A DNA stretch of 64,000 nucleotides from Squalus acanthias (GCA_030390025.1 CM059431.1:147252001-147316000), one strand, 5' to 3'; counted from the first letter of the stretch, positions 13,656 to 27,989 are shown. Program-made: numbers and translations. Notes: generated by a model from the sequence alone, not told the origin.

Positions 13656-14805
13656 AGCCCACTGACTCTGGAGAATAAGGGAAAAAGGTAGGTCAGTGAA
13701 GATGGGAGTGATGGGCGACCAAAACTCAGTGTGACAGGAAGTGGGGGGCGAGGCGACATTTGAAATGATCTTGTTAAGCGTCTGTTGGCAATATTACTTT
13801 TCATGATTTCTGGATTTGAAAATCCACTCAGGTAGTGTTTCTTTTTTTACCTGGTTTGCAATCAGACTCACTCCCCATAGTCCACATCCACTCAGGAATC
13901 CACACCGGGAAGGGTAGAACCAACACCGGTCGCCGGTAAACGGCCTGCTGATTGCTCAGCCGGTGGTGAGCCTGCCTTGTTCTGCAGGGCCTGTGAAATG
14001 AAGTCGGAAGCGCACTGCCGACCAATGACAGACTACCCCTCATCACCCAATAAAGAATGCGATAGCTGGTCACTCAGAGTGTCCTGCAGTATAGCGGAGC
14101 CTGTCTCAACACATAGTGTGGGACTGGAGTCACATGTAGTCCAGACGGGATTAGGCATCTCCGAAGTGATGTTAGTGAGTGTTTGTTATAATAATCCAGC
14201 AGCCTCCATGGTCATTTTTTTGGTACCAAATTATTTCATTCTGTTGCACAACTCACCATGGTGAGATTTCAATTCACAACCTCTGGGTTTCTAGTCCAGT
14301 ACCACGACCACTTCACTACCACCAACTTCATGAATGGAGCGTTATTTGTTTCCCTTTTTGGCTTCTTTCTCCATTCTGGAGAATAACTCTTGCCGGGTTC
14401 TGTTCCACGGGCGTGGGTGCCCTCTGGTACCTGGTGTGATTAGAGACTCTCCATATTTGAGCCAAGACACTGTGCGTGGGCTGGCCTTCCTTTGCTGCAA
14501 CCTGATACAATGGAGCCCATTCGCTCCTCTCACCTTACCCGCACGCGCAAGGATTAAACAGCCAGGGATGAACGATGGGAGTCAGTCGCTGACTGGCGCT
14601 CACTGACCCAGGGCCCACTCAGTAAAGTTGCAGCGTCCAGTGCACCCCGGCTGAGAGTAGGTGAAGCAAGTTTGTAACGTCATAGGCTTCAGCCTCGCCC
14701 CTTTCAGAGCTCTCACCGATCCATTGTGGTCATTTATTGGGCATTATTGAGACACTCCTAACAACGTGTAAGTTTCCGAATTGTTCACTCGTTTTCTGTC
14801 TGCAG

Positions 14806-14966
14806 GTGAACAGGCCGATCTGATCTTTGTCTTCTTTGACCCGATGGGCCAGGCCCTGTGTAAACGGACCCTGAACTTGTTGGAAAAGCTAAACGAAAAA
14901 CATGGCGATAAACTGAAGTTCTACCTGAGCAAAGCCGATGAAGCTGGTCATGAGAGTGACAGACAG
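14806..14966 (+). CDS. GTPase exon 5: EQADLIFVFFDPMGQALCKRTLNLLEKLNEKHGDKLKFYLSKADEAGHESDRQ
   Basis: TCTGCAG| acceptor and |GTACAG donor. EHD-like 'DLIFVFFD' and G4-like SKAD. Confidence 0.9.
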
Positions 14967-17393
14967 GTACAGAGAAAGTTCACTTTATTGCACCTGAGAG
15001 TCCCCTTCGTGGCTGGATTTGCAAATTCAGTGATTTGATCACGGTGCCCAGTGAAAAGTGCGGACAATTAATAAAAGTCAGATGCGATGTGGAATCGATG
15101 CGTACAATGAGATTCTTTATAAACATCACCCCGAATCTCTCCTCCCACACACATTGAGGTGTTCCTTTTGAATGAGTGACGAGTACTATTAAAAAGACCC
15201 ACCCAACTCATTAATTGAATAAGGGTGCCGCAATTGAAAGTCATACATGTTGTCCTTATTGTGATATAATTCCTTGATTTGATATTGTTATTTATAATTA
15301 AATAGGAAAGCTTACTGCAACTTGGAAAGTTGATTTTGTTGACGCTTCTTGTACGTTTTCTGCCGGAGATGCTAAGGAGCGGGGAGACGTAAATGTGAGA
15401 CGCTACAGCGCCACCACAGGCGGGGCATAGTTACAGGCGGTTCTGCAATTTCAAGTATAAACTTGGATCAAGGAATGTTTAAATGGAGAAGGTGTCAACA
15501 GGAAGTTAGGTTTTGTAGACAGGAAGTACACGCAGGCATAAGGTTTTGAATAGGTCGTAGATAATAAAAGAATGAACACTTGCCAATAGCTGTCTGTATC
15601 AATATCTGACAACGTGATTTGAATCCAGCGTTGGAATGGTTTGCACGGTAATAGAGCAAGTTTCCAGATCCTAATAGCCAAGGTAAAAGGTTTCGAGAGG
15701 CTTTTCAGCCCTTATCACTAACTGTACACCATCCTGACTGTGCACCTGGACAGGATTGACGGCACGGGCAGTATTTGCGGAGAGCTATGAACACAATGTA
15801 TAGTAACAGAGCTCTGGGATCAGATGAACAACGCATTTAAAAGAATGATTGGAGCGCAATGGAGGTCGCACAATACAGATATCAGGCTGAACTCTATGGG
15901 ACAGATTGGGGGTCTGGTTGTCTCGCACTGGCAATCCAAATGTCGGGATTTAAACACCAACCACAGCAAGATGTGCTATTGAATTCAATAAAATATGATA
16001 ATTTCTGGACTGGGGCCAAAGGAAATTATGGTGAATGTTACTGAAGTTCAGAAGGAGGTAATGGATCCCCTCTCAGGATTTGATGAATCTTGTAGTTTCG
16101 GCTAACCTTCATTCCTTAATTAAAGCCACGAAAATGACAGATTAACTGGTCATTTATCTCAACCTCAAGATTGTTCTATAAACTGAACTGGTGCCATAAT
16201 GTCCTTTAGGGAAAGAAGCCTCCCCCATCTACCTGGTTTGGATTACACATAACTCCAGTTCCTGGTAGATTTCGACTTTGTACGATACAGTAAAATGTGT
16301 AAAAGCGCGTCGTCCGAATGTCGTTCATGTCCCCCGATTTTGAGTTTCGTTGAATTCAATGGAAGTTTAAAATCACCGGTTTTACTCTATCGCACACATT
16401 CAAAATATACTCCGATGTGCTAAATCTGCGAGAGCAAATTTACCAAGTGATACCGTAAAGACACTCAGAGATATGAAACTTGGGGGCAGAATGTAATGCA
16501 TGAAAGCTTTTAACGCAGATTTTGCTACTTCTACTCCTTTATCAGCGGTTAGATCGTCCAATTATCCCCCCCATTCACAGCAAAATAAAGCAGCAAAAAC
16601 AATGATTCCTAATAGGGTGTGAAATAGGAAACAAAAAGCTTATTTTGGGTTCAATGCCTCTATCGAAATAAAGGATCTGAATCAGCAAACAGTGTTTCCT
16701 AATCTAATTATTTTTGAAGCTGCTTTGCGTCTCCAGAATTATGTGCTTTTTTCCACTATTTAAGTATAGTCTTTGTAAATCATTGACTTAAGATGAAATA
16801 CCAATTTTACAGATCCAAAGTAGCATTTTGAGGTCGATAGCGGGGCAGTGCACTCATTGCCTTTACCAATATCTCACATATTGCACAGGCGGCACTCATT
16901 TATTCCTAAACCCTCGCCTCGGAATCAGAAGACCACCGGTTCATGACTCATTCTAGAAGTTATGTCCATAATCTACGCTGACGCCCAGTGCAGTGCTGGG
17001 CGAGTACTGCCATGTGGGAGCTATCATCTTTTGGATCAGAAGTTAAACTGAAGCCTCTTCTGCTTGTTGAGGTCAACGTAAAAACTACTCTGGCACTATT
17101 TGAAGAAGGTAGTGATATTGGCGAATATTCATTCCTTAATCAACGCCACTAAAAATAACTTAAGTGGTCATTTATCTCAATACCGTTTGCAGGAAATTGC
17201 TTTGTTGCTGCGTTTGCCTGACAATAACAATGACTACTTCTGCAGTTGATTAACTGTGAAGTGGTTCGCGACTTTCTGAGGATTTGAAATGCTCTATAAC
17301 AGTAGGATGTATTTATTTCTGATGGGATGTTGTTTACTGAATGCCGGACTTGTGCTGAGATTTATAGTGGAATATGTTTGTGTCATTCCTCAG

Positions 17394-17492
17394 AGAGTGA
17401 TGATGCAGATAGTACAAGAGCTGTGCAAGAGACCCGGGCTGAACAAATGTGGCTTTGATATGCCGACCATCTACATCCCAGATCCCAACAAG
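17394..17492 (+). CDS. GTPase exon 6: RVMMQIVQELCKRPGLNKCGFDMPTIYIPDPNK
   Basis: TTCCTCAG| acceptor and |GTAGGG donor; 99 nt, phase 0 to 0. Confidence 0.9.
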
Positions 17493-17595
17493 GTAGGGCC
17501 GTGATTCCTCAAAGTTAATCAGGAATGTAAAGAGCTCACAGAAACAACGCCCTGTAGACGCATCACGCGCGGCTTCCAATGTGCATGTTGGATAA

Positions 17596-18035
17596 GGAAC
17601 AGGTAGCATAGTGGTTATGTTACTGGACTAGAATTCCAAGACAGCTGGACTAATGATACAGAGACGTGAGTTCAGAATCCCACCACAGCAGGTGGGGACT
17701 TTAAATTCAGCTAATTCAATAAATCTGGAATAAAAAGCTAGTAGCAGTAATTGTAACCACTGAAACTATCGGATTGTCGTCAAATCCCATCTGGTTCACT
17801 AATGTCCTTTAGGGAAGGAAAGCTGCCGCCATTACCTGGTCTGGCCTATATGTGACTCCAGACCCACGGCAATGTGGTTGACTCTTAACTGCTTCAGCAA
17901 ACCCCAACGAGAAACAATAATACTGTAGCGGTTCAAGAAGGCGGCTCACCACCACCTTCTCAAGGGCAATTAGGGTTGGGCAATAAGTGCCGGCCTTTCC
18001 AGCAACGCCCACATCCCAGGAACGAATAAGAAAAA
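17596..18035 (+). mobile_element. tRNA-headed SINE; related copies at about 12550-12960 (-), 14080-14320 (-) and 28345-28640 (+)
   Basis: A-box-like TAGCATAGTGG and B-box-like GAGTTCAGAATCCC; a shared body (AATAAATCTGGAATAAAAAGCTAGTA…GGTCTGGCCTATATGTGACTCCAGACCCAC) is found in the other copies. Confidence 0.7.
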
Positions 18036-20148
18036 GGCTGACAAACTGCCTTCATCAATGGGGTAAATCCACCTGCAGCTAGATAACAATTTCAGTCACG
18101 AGGTGCTCCTTGTTGGGTGACTGCTGTTAACCAACTTCATAAGTGATTTGAATGAGATGATGCAATGTTAACAGGCCTCCCTATCAAAATATTTGTGCGT
18201 TGGTGTTACCAATTGTAATAATTTTCCCTTTAGTTGTTCTCAACATACGGGTGGTTCTGGATAAATAGCTTTTATTGACCCCCCCCCCCTCCCCCAAGAT
18301 GCCTTGAAGCGATGTCTTGCATTCTCTTTGAATCACTGAAGGCCTTTTGATGCTGGTGCTCCCAGGGTGGCGTCAGGAGAGGAATTTCACGATATTGACC
18401 CAATCCGGTGAATAAATGGCGGTATATGTCCCTGTGAGGGTGAAGTGTAGCTTGGAGGGTAAATTGGGGATGTTGGTGTTCCCATTATTCTGCTGCTCTT
18501 GTTTTTATTCGCGGTCGAGTTCACGGAGGAGGAAAGTGTTGTCGATGAAATCTCGGAGAGTTGCTGCAGTACATCCTGTGGACCGTACATGCAGCAGCTG
18601 CATTGTGTCGGGAGAGCAGCGGTTAGTAGTGGGTCTAATTAAGGACGATTTAGGGAATGATCCCAGTGTCGCAGATATCTTTCAATGTATATCAGTGTAG
18701 GCTGGATAATTTTTAGCTGAAATACTCCAGGAATGTGTAGACAATGTAGCGGGACCGGTAAATGGCTGACAGGCAGGGAGGAAACATGGGGTCATAAACA
18801 ATAAATCATTGACGATCCACAAGCAGTGTTATAAGGACATTGGGGAGGTAAATATAGATTTAGGTTGTATTTCTGCAATAGTACAATATAAATTAAAAAC
18901 ACTCTAACGAGGCTGTGACATGGTTCCGCTTGGGATAATGCAGATCATTTTGGTAGACATAGATAGTGAGGGTGCAGGAGGAGAGCGATCAAAGCGATAT
19001 CCATTCAAAGGGCACTTTATTATTGGGATAGGCTTCATAAATTGAGCTGATTTTCAGAAGAGAAATGTTAGATCGGTGAAGATATCATTGAGGGCTGTAA
19101 ATCGTTGAGGAGATTAAATTCTGCTCAGTTGTATGAGTTACTCGATCCCTGGGAGAACTAGGGACAGTGAGTATAAACCACGGCGACAAAGTGTTAGGTT
19201 AGACATTCGGGCCCAGAGTCCTTAAACTCTGGAACAGATCACTGAGCCATGCAGTGAATGTAGATTCATCACAGTCCAATCGGATCAAAACGAGTTACTG
19301 AGTTAGCGGTACAGTTCTGTTATTGGTAAGTCACGGGCTAGCTGGAGGACTCATGGTTATTGTACCCTCCTGTAGCTTTGCTCGATTAACTTAGAGGGTC
19401 GAAAACAATAGCCCCGAGTTTTTCCTCAATTTACAACTGTCCTTTTCTCAGTGTTTACCTCTCGCTAAAGACCGTATGACTGGGAGGCGGATGGTGGGGG
19501 TTTGGGGCGGTTGGTGGGAGGTTGAAATTCTTAATGGGCTACTGCATGCCTGCTTGGGTTAAGTATAGGGATCAGAGGACAATTATCAGACTTTTTCCTG
19601 TGTTTGTTTGTGTATTCTAATACCTAACATCACTCCCTTTATTGAACATCCTGGTAAAAGGCACAAGGAGCAGATTAATGTTGAAAAGAGCAGCAGAGCA
19701 GAATTATAATCGTCAATCATCGTCAGGTTTGGGTTTCAAAAGCCTGTGTTTTCTATCGCGAAACGAATAGTCATGAGGGCAAGGAACTTCTGGTTTCTGG
19801 GGTCCTTAAGGGTAATTTTATCTGTTAGTGATAGAGTTAAACGGGCGATAGCGGATCGACCGTCCTATACAAATCGCCCGATTTCCTTTCCGTTGCAGTT
19901 ATCCGATATCGATCCGATATCACCAGTTTCCCACTATTCGACACAGTTAAAATGAACCCCATTGTGTTCGTGTCGGAAACAGCGCCCCGAATTCTCAGTT
20001 AAATACAGCCTGGAGGTAGAGAGTTCGCAGAAGGATCAGTTATTCATCGATGTGAATAAGAGAATGCACAGTGTGTCCTTCGGAATGAGATGCCTCTAAT
20101 TTATCAGTTGGTAGTTCCTATGTCTGTTTGTGTCTTTTGGACTGGCAG

Positions 20149-20294
20149 CCAACACGTTGCGTCAATCAGATCCAAGAGGAGTGCACGACAATAGAAAAGA
20201 CGGTAAACCGGAGAGTTCAGAAGACGCTGGACCAGTTGGAGAAGGACTGCGAGCTGATCATCCGCACCACCAGGTGCCAGCTCGAGGAGAGCAG
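20149..20294 (+). CDS. GTPase exon 7 (helical): PTRCVNQIQEECTTIEKTVNRRVQKTLDQLEKDCELIIRTTRCQLEES
   Basis: TGGCAG| acceptor and |GTGAGG donor; open frame, phase 0 to 2. Confidence 0.85.
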
Positions 20295-20864
20295 GTGAGG
20301 CTTTAGTGTGAGTTGTGTTCAGGACAGGTGCAGTAAGACTGGGCAAACAAGGCTGGGAATTAACAACATTGTCAGAAATGGTAACAGAAAAAAGTACTAT
20401 AACTGAAAAGGGCATCGGGACAAGGAGACTGGGCTCGATATTCCTTTCTCAGCTCCTCTAATTCTGGCTTCTTGCACATCTCCGATTTTAATCGCTCCAC
20501 GATTGGCGGCCCTGCCTTCAGCTGCCGAGGCTCTAAGGTTTAGAATTCCCTCTCTAAGCCTCGCCACCTCTTTAATTCTCTTTCCTCCTTCAAGAGGTTC
20601 ATTAAAGAATTCCTCTTTGCATGTGCACTATTATCTCCTTATGTGGCTCCGTGTCAAATTCTGTTTGATGCGCCATGGGACGTTTAACTACATTACAAGC
20701 ACAATATAAATATAAGCTGTTGTTATTATATCATGAAAATATAGATAGGAAAATTGGACTTATTTTCTTCAGTAGCTATTATACTTCAAGATGATCTTAT
20801 CCAAGATTTCAAGTTAATGGGGTAGTTGACAAAGATTATTGTGAACTGTTGATAGTAGTTGGCT

Positions 20865-23085
20865 CAGAGACTGGGGTCCTGAATTTAAATAAAGGAAACT
20901 ACGATGGTATGAGGCGTGAGTGGCTAGGATGGATTGGGGAGCGTTACTTAAAGGGCTGACGGTGGATAGGCAATGGCAAACATTTAACGATCGCATGGAT
21001 GAACTGCCGAATTTGTTCATCCCTGTTTGACATAAGAATAAAACAAAAACGGTGACTCAACCATGGCTAACAAGGGAAATTAGGGATAGCATAAGATCCA
21101 AAGAGAGGACATATAAATTGGCCAGAAATTGCAGCAAACCTGAGGATTGGGAACAGTTTAGGATTCAGCAAAGGATGCCAAAGGGATTAATTAAGAGGGG
21201 GAAAATAGAGTATGAGAGTAAGCCTGCTAGGAAAATAAAAACTAACTGTAAAAGCTTCAATAGATATGTGAAAAGAAACGGATTGGTGAAGTCAAGCGTA
21301 GGTCCCTTGCAGTCAGAATCAGGGGAATTTATAATGGGGAACAAAGAAATGGCTGACCAATTAAATACATACTTTGGTTATGTCTTCACAAAGAGGGACA
21401 GAAATAACCTCCCAGAGATGTCGAGGAACATAGGGACTAAAGAGAGGGAAGAACTGAATGAAATCAGTATTTGTAGGGAAATGGTGTTAGGGAAATTGAC
21501 GGTATTGAAGGCCAGTAAATCACCAGGGCCTGATAATCTACTTCCCGGGGTACTTAAGGAAGTGGCCCATGAAATAGTTGATGCATTGCCAGTCATCTTC
21601 CAAAATTCTAAAATCTCTGGAAAAGTTCCCATGGATTGGAGATAAGCTAATGTAACACCACTATTTTAAAAGGGTGGGAAAGAAAAAACGGGAAAATATA
21701 GACCGGTAAGCCTGACATCGGTAGTGGGGAAAATGCTAGAGTCCATTATAAAAAATGTAACAGCAGAGCACTAGGAAAACAGTGACAAGATCGAACAAAG
21801 TCAACATGGATTTACAAAAGGTAAATCATGCTTGACTAATCTCCTGGAAATTTTTGAGGATGTAACTGGTAGAATAGATAAGGGAGAACCAGTGGATGTG
21901 GTGTATTTGGACTTTCAGAAGGCTTTCGATAAGGTCCCGCATAAGAGATTAGCGTGCAAAGTTAAAGCACATGAGATTGGGGGCAAAGGTACTGACTTGG
22001 AAAGTGAACTGGTTGGCAGACAGGAAGCAAAGTGTAGGAATAAACGGGTATTTTCCATGTGGCAGGCAGTGACGCAGGGATCGGTGCTTGGACCACAGTT
22101 ATTCACAATATATATTAATGATCTGGACGAGGGAACTTGATCTCCAATTTTGCAGACGACACAATGCTTGGTGGGCGTGTGTGTTGTGAGGAGGATGCAC
22201 TGAAACTCCTGTTTGATTTGGACTAGTTGAGTGATTAGGCAGATGCATGGCAGATGCAGTATAATGCGGATAAATGCAAGGTTATCCACTTTGAAGGCAA
22301 AAACAGGAAGGCAGATTATTATCTGAACGGCAATAGATTGGGAAAAGGGGAAGTGCAAGGAGACCTGGCTGGCCTTGTGCACCAGTCATTGAAGGTAAGC
22401 ATGCAGGTGCAGCAGGCGGTTAAGAAGGCGAATGGTTTGTTGGCCTTCATAGCGAGAGGATTCGAGTACACGAGCAAGGATGTCTTGCTGCAGTTGTACA
22501 GGGCCTTGGTGAGACCACACCTTGAGTATTGTGTGCAGTTTTGGTCGGCTTATCTGAGGAAGGATGCTCTTGCCAGGGAGGGAGTGCAGCGAAGATTCAC
22601 CAGACTGATACCTGGGATGGCAGGAATGACGTATGAAGAGAGTTTGGGACGATGGGGCTCGTATTCGCTAGAGTTTAGAAGAATGAGAGGGGATCTCATT
22701 GAAACTTATAAAATTCTAACAGGACTAGACAGACTAGATGCAGGAAGGATGTTACCGATGGCGGGGGAGTCCAGAAACAGGGTTCACAGTCTAAGGATAA
22801 GGGGTAAGCCATTTAGGACTGAGATGAGGAGGAATTTCTTCACCCAGAGAGTGGTGAACCTGTGGAATTCTCTACCACAGAAGGCAGTTGAGGCCAATTC
22901 ATTAAATATATTCAAGATGGATTTAGATACATTTCTTTAGGCTAAAGGGATCAAGGAATATGTGGAGAAATCAGGGACTGGGTACAGAATTTGGATGAAC
23001 TGCCATGATCTAATTAAATGGTGGAGCAGGCTAGAGGGGCCGAATGGCCTACTCCTGCTCCTATCTTCTATGTTTCTATGTTTCT
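20865..23085 (+). mobile_element. 5'-truncated CR1 LINE (ORF2 RT region plus 3' UTR)
   Basis: ORF pieces with YLDFQKAFDKVPH, QGSVLGPQLFTIYINDL and LVRPHLEYCVQFW; (TTCTATGT)n tail at about 23066-23088. Confidence 0.92.
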
Positions 23086-23374
23086 ATACCAAGCAGGAAA
23101 GGTAGAATCGGGGAGTTAGGAGCAAGAACACAAATCGAATTACCCGTTTTATACGAAGTGAACCGAAATCCTGGAATAATTTTCCATGGAAAAGAATTGA
23201 AGCGAGCAGCACAGGGAACCTTGAGTCAGGATTGAAGGATATGTGTGTGGATGCACAAAGAGTTCTGAGCAGAGTTGAAGTTGGAAGCTTTAATAATTAT
23301 GGAGAATAGAACGTTGCTGTAGTGGGAACATATCTTAGATTTGGACTGGTCTTGGAACTTAATATCCGAGGTTT

Positions 23375-24000
23375 CGTCCTTGCCTCTGCCAATCTGCTGC
23401 TGAAACCCTCATTCAGCTATTGTTACCCCGAGAGTGGACTCGCCTATTCCAGTGCTCTCCTGGCCGCTCTCCCTTCTTTCACCCTTCATAATCTTGAGCT
23501 CATAGTAAACTCTGCGGCCCCTAGCTTAACTTACACCAAGTCCCGTGCACCCATCTCCCCTGTGAGCGCTGACCTATATTGCCCACTTGTTCAGCAACAC
23601 TTCGATTTTAAATTTATCATCCTCCTGTTCAAATCTCTCCATGGCCTCGCTAATCATATTCTGTAACTTTCTGAAGCCCGACAGCCGTCTGAGGATTCTG
23701 CGTTCCTCCAACTCTGCCCTCTTGTGCATCCCAAACTTCTGTCGCACCACCATTGGTAGCGGTGCCTTCAGCTGCCTAGGCCCTAAGCTCTGGAAATACT
23801 TCCCTAAACCGCTCTATTTCTCCAAATCTCTCTTCCTATAATACAATCCTTAAAACCTACCTCTTTCATTGAGCTTTTGATCACCCATCCTAATGTATCC
23901 TTTTTCGGCTCCGTGTCAATTGTATCTGATTCCGCTGCTGTGAAGTGCCTCGGGACGTTGTACTATGTTAAAGGCGCTATATAAATGCAAGTCGTTGCTG
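23375..24000 (+). mobile_element. L2-like LINE 3' end inserted into older CR1 endonuclease remnants
   Basis: Translates to L2-like C-terminal residues (…FKFIILLFKSLHGLA; GAFSCLGPKLW) and ends GGCGCTATATAAATGCAAG. Confidence 0.7.
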
Positions 24001-25354
24001 CTTTCATGAGAGAAAGGAGCAGGAAAAGGTGCTGGAGTGGCAGTGTTAGTGAATGATTCTATTACAGCGCTAGGAAACAATGACATCACAGACGTTGCAA
24101 TGAGAAAGAATTCACATGGACAGGGTTAAGGATTAGGAAGGGCCAAAGTACAATTCTCGATGGACATAACAGAACGTTAAGCGTATGTGACAGAAGGGGA
24201 GAACTGCAGCAGTTCAAAGGATAATGTAAGAACAAGAACTTAAACATATTGGGAGGTTTTATATATCCCAATTTAAACAGGAATAAACTGAATATGCGTG
24301 GTCAAAGTGGAGAACACATATTAGAATGCATCCGGGACTGCTTGTCAGATCAGTATGTTTCAATTCAACAAGGAAAGAAACATCGCTTGCTTAAGTTCTG
24401 GAGATTTATGTCGGGTAAATAACTGCATTGTAAGTAGAAGAGAAATTTGAAAATAGTGACCATCACATTTATTGGGAGAAAGGGGCTCGTCAGAAAGTAG
24501 GCCATTTTAACTTTGGGCAATAATGTAAAACGGATGATATCGGTTGGACCGCTCGTGATAAATCTCACAAAATTTTCCTTTCAATTAAAATCATTCGGAA
24601 TAGATGTCAAACAGGCTGCCGAATCATTATCACCCGTTTTACACCATGGCACACAGCCAGAATTACTCCCAGTGCAAAGAAAATCGAACGGGCCTATAAT
24701 GGGCGGATAAATGGACATCACCCATTGAACACTATCGCCCAGAGTTAAAATTACCCACAATGGGAAACTTCAAATGAAGGCGTCTGATGAAGTTTAGTGC
24801 TAATAATGTTAAATATAATCACGTGGAATGTAAAAAGTTTAATGGCGTTTTCAAACTTGAGAATGGATGTTTTAAAATGGGGTATTAAGGTGACAAGAGG
24901 TAGCATAACAGCAAATAGTAAGGGCTTTTATAAATACACAAAATTAATCAATTAATTAGAGAAGGTAGGACCGATCAGGAATACAGTATGCGGTGGTGGG
25001 TAATTATAACATTGTGTGATGGTCTAAAATGGAAGATATAGAATTATCCGCCCAATATACACCATGAAGTCAATCGAAGGGTAAATTGGGCGCGGCATAA
25101 AATGGCGCCCAATTCAATAACGTCAATTTTGCACCCGCGCCCAAAGTTAAAATTACCCCCATGGAGTATAATTGAGATGAATGTATGGTAATGATAGCTG
25201 ATCTCATATATTAAGAAATGATCCAGCTTCGGATCACAGTAGTTGATTCCTGGTGTCCTGCGGTGCTGAGTTTTCATTATTACACTGATTTGGTGGACTT
25301 GTGGAAGCTGTTTTCCACCAGTTACTGAAGATATTGATTCTGATTCCATTTCAG

Positions 25355-25526
25355 TGAACAGGCTTCTCAGAACAGGAAAGCCTGTATCAAGCGGATGTTC
25401 TTCAGCTCCTTGACATACCTGGCACCACTCTCACTGCTGACAAGTTTCATCATTTCCAACACATCAAGAGAAAGCCTCACCGATATAATGGGAGAGGACT
25501 TTGCCCACATTTTGCTGATCTGGGCG
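25355..25526 (+). CDS. GTPase exon 8 (first hydrophobic segment): EQASQNRKACIKRMFFSSLTYLAPLSLLTSFIISNTSRESLTDIMGEDFAHILLIWA
   Basis: ATTTCAG| acceptor and |GTATGA donor; phase 2 to 0, open. Confidence 0.75.
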
Positions 25527-25619
25527 GTATGACTCTTTTTAATATCCTGAGTCTCACCAATGAATATCTGCCAGTGTTAGGCGTCTATGTGTTTGATTGG
25601 ACTGCGTAGATGGATCACT

Positions 25620-26720
25620 ACTCTATATCCCGATCTGTACCTGCCCCTTGTGTCTTTGAGGAGAAAATACAGAGGGTCCTTTACTGTGTATCGAACCCGT
25701 ATTCTCCCAAACCGAGGAGAGGTTTATGGAAGAGTGAATAAAGAGCTTTACTCTGTATCTCACCCGTGCTATACCTTCCCTGGGAGGTTTTAATGGGACA
25801 TTGTAGCGAAAGCTTCAAACTGTATCTAACCTGTGCTTTACCTGCCCTGGGAGTGTTTAATGGGAAAGTACAGATGGAGATTTACTCTGTATCTAACCTG
25901 TGCGATACCTGCCCTGGGAGGTTTTAATGGGACATTGTAGCGGAAGCTTCAAACTGTATCTAACCTGTGCTGTATGTGCCCTGGGAGTGTTTAATGAGAA
26001 AGTGTAGATGGAGCCTTACTCTGTATCTGACGCATGTTTTATCTGAACCATACTGTACTTTACCTCATGTCGGTTAATGTGAGTGTTTGATTGGGCATTG
26101 TACAGGACGTTTTATTCTGTATGTGACGCATGCTGCACCTTCCCTGGGAGTGTTGGATGGGATAGTGTAGCGGGTGCTTTACTCCGTATATAACCATTGC
26201 TGTACCTACTCTGGGCGTGTTTTATGGAACAGTATTGATGGAGCTTTACTCTGTATCTGACGCTTGCTTGATCTTACCATTGCTGTTTATAACCTGACGG
26301 TAGTTGATGTGTGCTTTTGATGGGATATTGTACAGGGAGTTCTGCTCTGTATCTGACCAGTGCCGTAGCAATCCTGGAAATATTAAATGGGACATTGTAG
26401 AGGGAGTTTACTTTGTATCTAACCCGTGCTGTACCTGCCCTATGTGTGTTTGATGGGACAGTGTAGAGGGAGCTTTACTTTGTATCTAACCCGTGCTGTA
26501 ACTGTCCTATGTGTATTTGATGGGATAGTGTAGAGGGAGCTTTACTTTGTATCTGACCAGTGCCGTACCTGCCCTGGAAATATTAAATGGGATATTGTAG
26601 AGGGAGCTTTACTTTGTATCTAACCCGTGCTGTACCAGCCCTTTGTGTGTTGGATGGGAAAGTGTAGAGGGAAGTTTACTGTGTGTCAAACTCCTAATGT
26701 ACCTAACCTGATGGTAGTTG
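25620..26720. repeat. Diverged copies of the 67-bp satellite within a GTPase intron
   Basis: Units resembling GGGAGCTTTACTCTGTATCTAACCCGTGCTGTACCTGCCCTGGGAGTGTTTGATGGGACAGTGTAGA. Confidence 0.85.
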
Positions 26721-27183
26721 ATGGTAGGTGTAGCTGGAGTATTTCAGATCTCAGTCTTGCTTTGCACATAAGATGCTAGCATTTTCTCTGGGCACAGAAT
26801 GAGGTGGTGGTCGAGAAGAACTTAATATATTTCAGGGAAATACTGAGGTTGTTCCACTTCTCTGGTCACTTTCATTCTTGCAATTTAAGATTGGAAATCA
26901 GATTCGCTTTGATGTACACTTCACATGCTCATTTTTAGCTATGTTGATCTCAGATGCTTAGGACTTTGACTTTCCCCTAGATTTCTCAAGAACTAAAAGT
27001 TATTGGATTGTAACAGGGGCCAGCGCTTTATTTTAGCAAGAGAAGCTCAATCTGACCTGCAATGGACCATCATAACTTCTTACCATAAACGTGAATTACA
27101 AAGATTGCAATGTGAGAGTTTTACTCCCCCTTTATTACAGACCTGCTCAATGTGACACTGTGTTCCTCTTCTCTTCTGGCTAG

Positions 27184-27296
27184 TGGTGTGTATCTACAAC
27201 CTGGAACTGGTTAACCGTTGACAGTTATCTTCTGGCGCTGATTATGCTGATCGGATACATGATCGTTTCGATGTTCCTTTCAAAGTGCTATTCCAG
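27184..27296 (+). CDS. GTPase exon 9 (second hydrophobic segment): WCVSTTWNWLTVDSYLLALIMLIGYMIVSMFLSKCYS
   Basis: Polypyrimidine tract plus CTAG| acceptor and |GTAAAT donor; phase 0 to 2. Confidence 0.75.
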
Positions 27297-27904
27297 GTAA
27301 ATGTTACTCTGACAGCGGAAGATGCAGTGGAACAGAAACAAAGGGAAAGTGACGTAAAGGAATAAGGCTTGGGAGACTGAATAGAGTCAGATACGGGGAG
27401 AGAAGCAGTAACACATGAAGAAAGCTAGGTAATGTCAGAAAGAGACAAAGACATCTACAAACACACAGCGAGACGTAAGGGAACAAACAGAGACACGGAG
27501 AGACAGAAACAGAGAGAGGGGGCTTATAAGATATACAGGCAAAACACGGGGACAGAGATATAACGAAGCAGAGAGAGAGAGAGGTGAAAGACAGAGACAG
27601 AAAAAGAGAGTGAGGAGACCAAGAGAGCGACAGGGAAAAAGGGAGAGACAGAAAGAGAGATTGAATCAAAGATAGAGGGAAGAGAGAGACAGCGAGAGAC
27701 AGCGAGATACAGCGAAAGAGAGAGAGAGAGATTGAAGGAGACTATCATCAATAGAGGGGTAGGCATTTAACCAGGGAGGAAGATTTCTGCAGGCGCAGTT
27801 TGCCAGATGTACAATAATGCTAGATTGTGACTGAGGAGACGAGAAAACTGCTCATCAATACATGGTATCCTGGGCTGTACTGAATTTCTGCCTCCATTTT
27901 TCAG

Positions 27905-27989
27905 CACCAAAACGACCCTATCGAGGAAGGAGAAAAAGAAACTAGAGGCAAAACGTGACTATGTCCAATGTGTTGTGGTTGAGAAAAAG
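27905..27989 (+). CDS. GTPase exon 10: TKTTLSRKEKKKLEAKRDYVQCVVVEKK
   Basis: TTTTTCAG| acceptor and |GTGACA donor; phase 2 to 0; basic helical tail. Confidence 0.8.

Noticed and set aside
27141..27183. Alternative acceptor TTATTACAG for GTPase exon 9
   Set aside because: It introduces an in-frame TGA after four codons; the acceptor at 27183 keeps the frame open.
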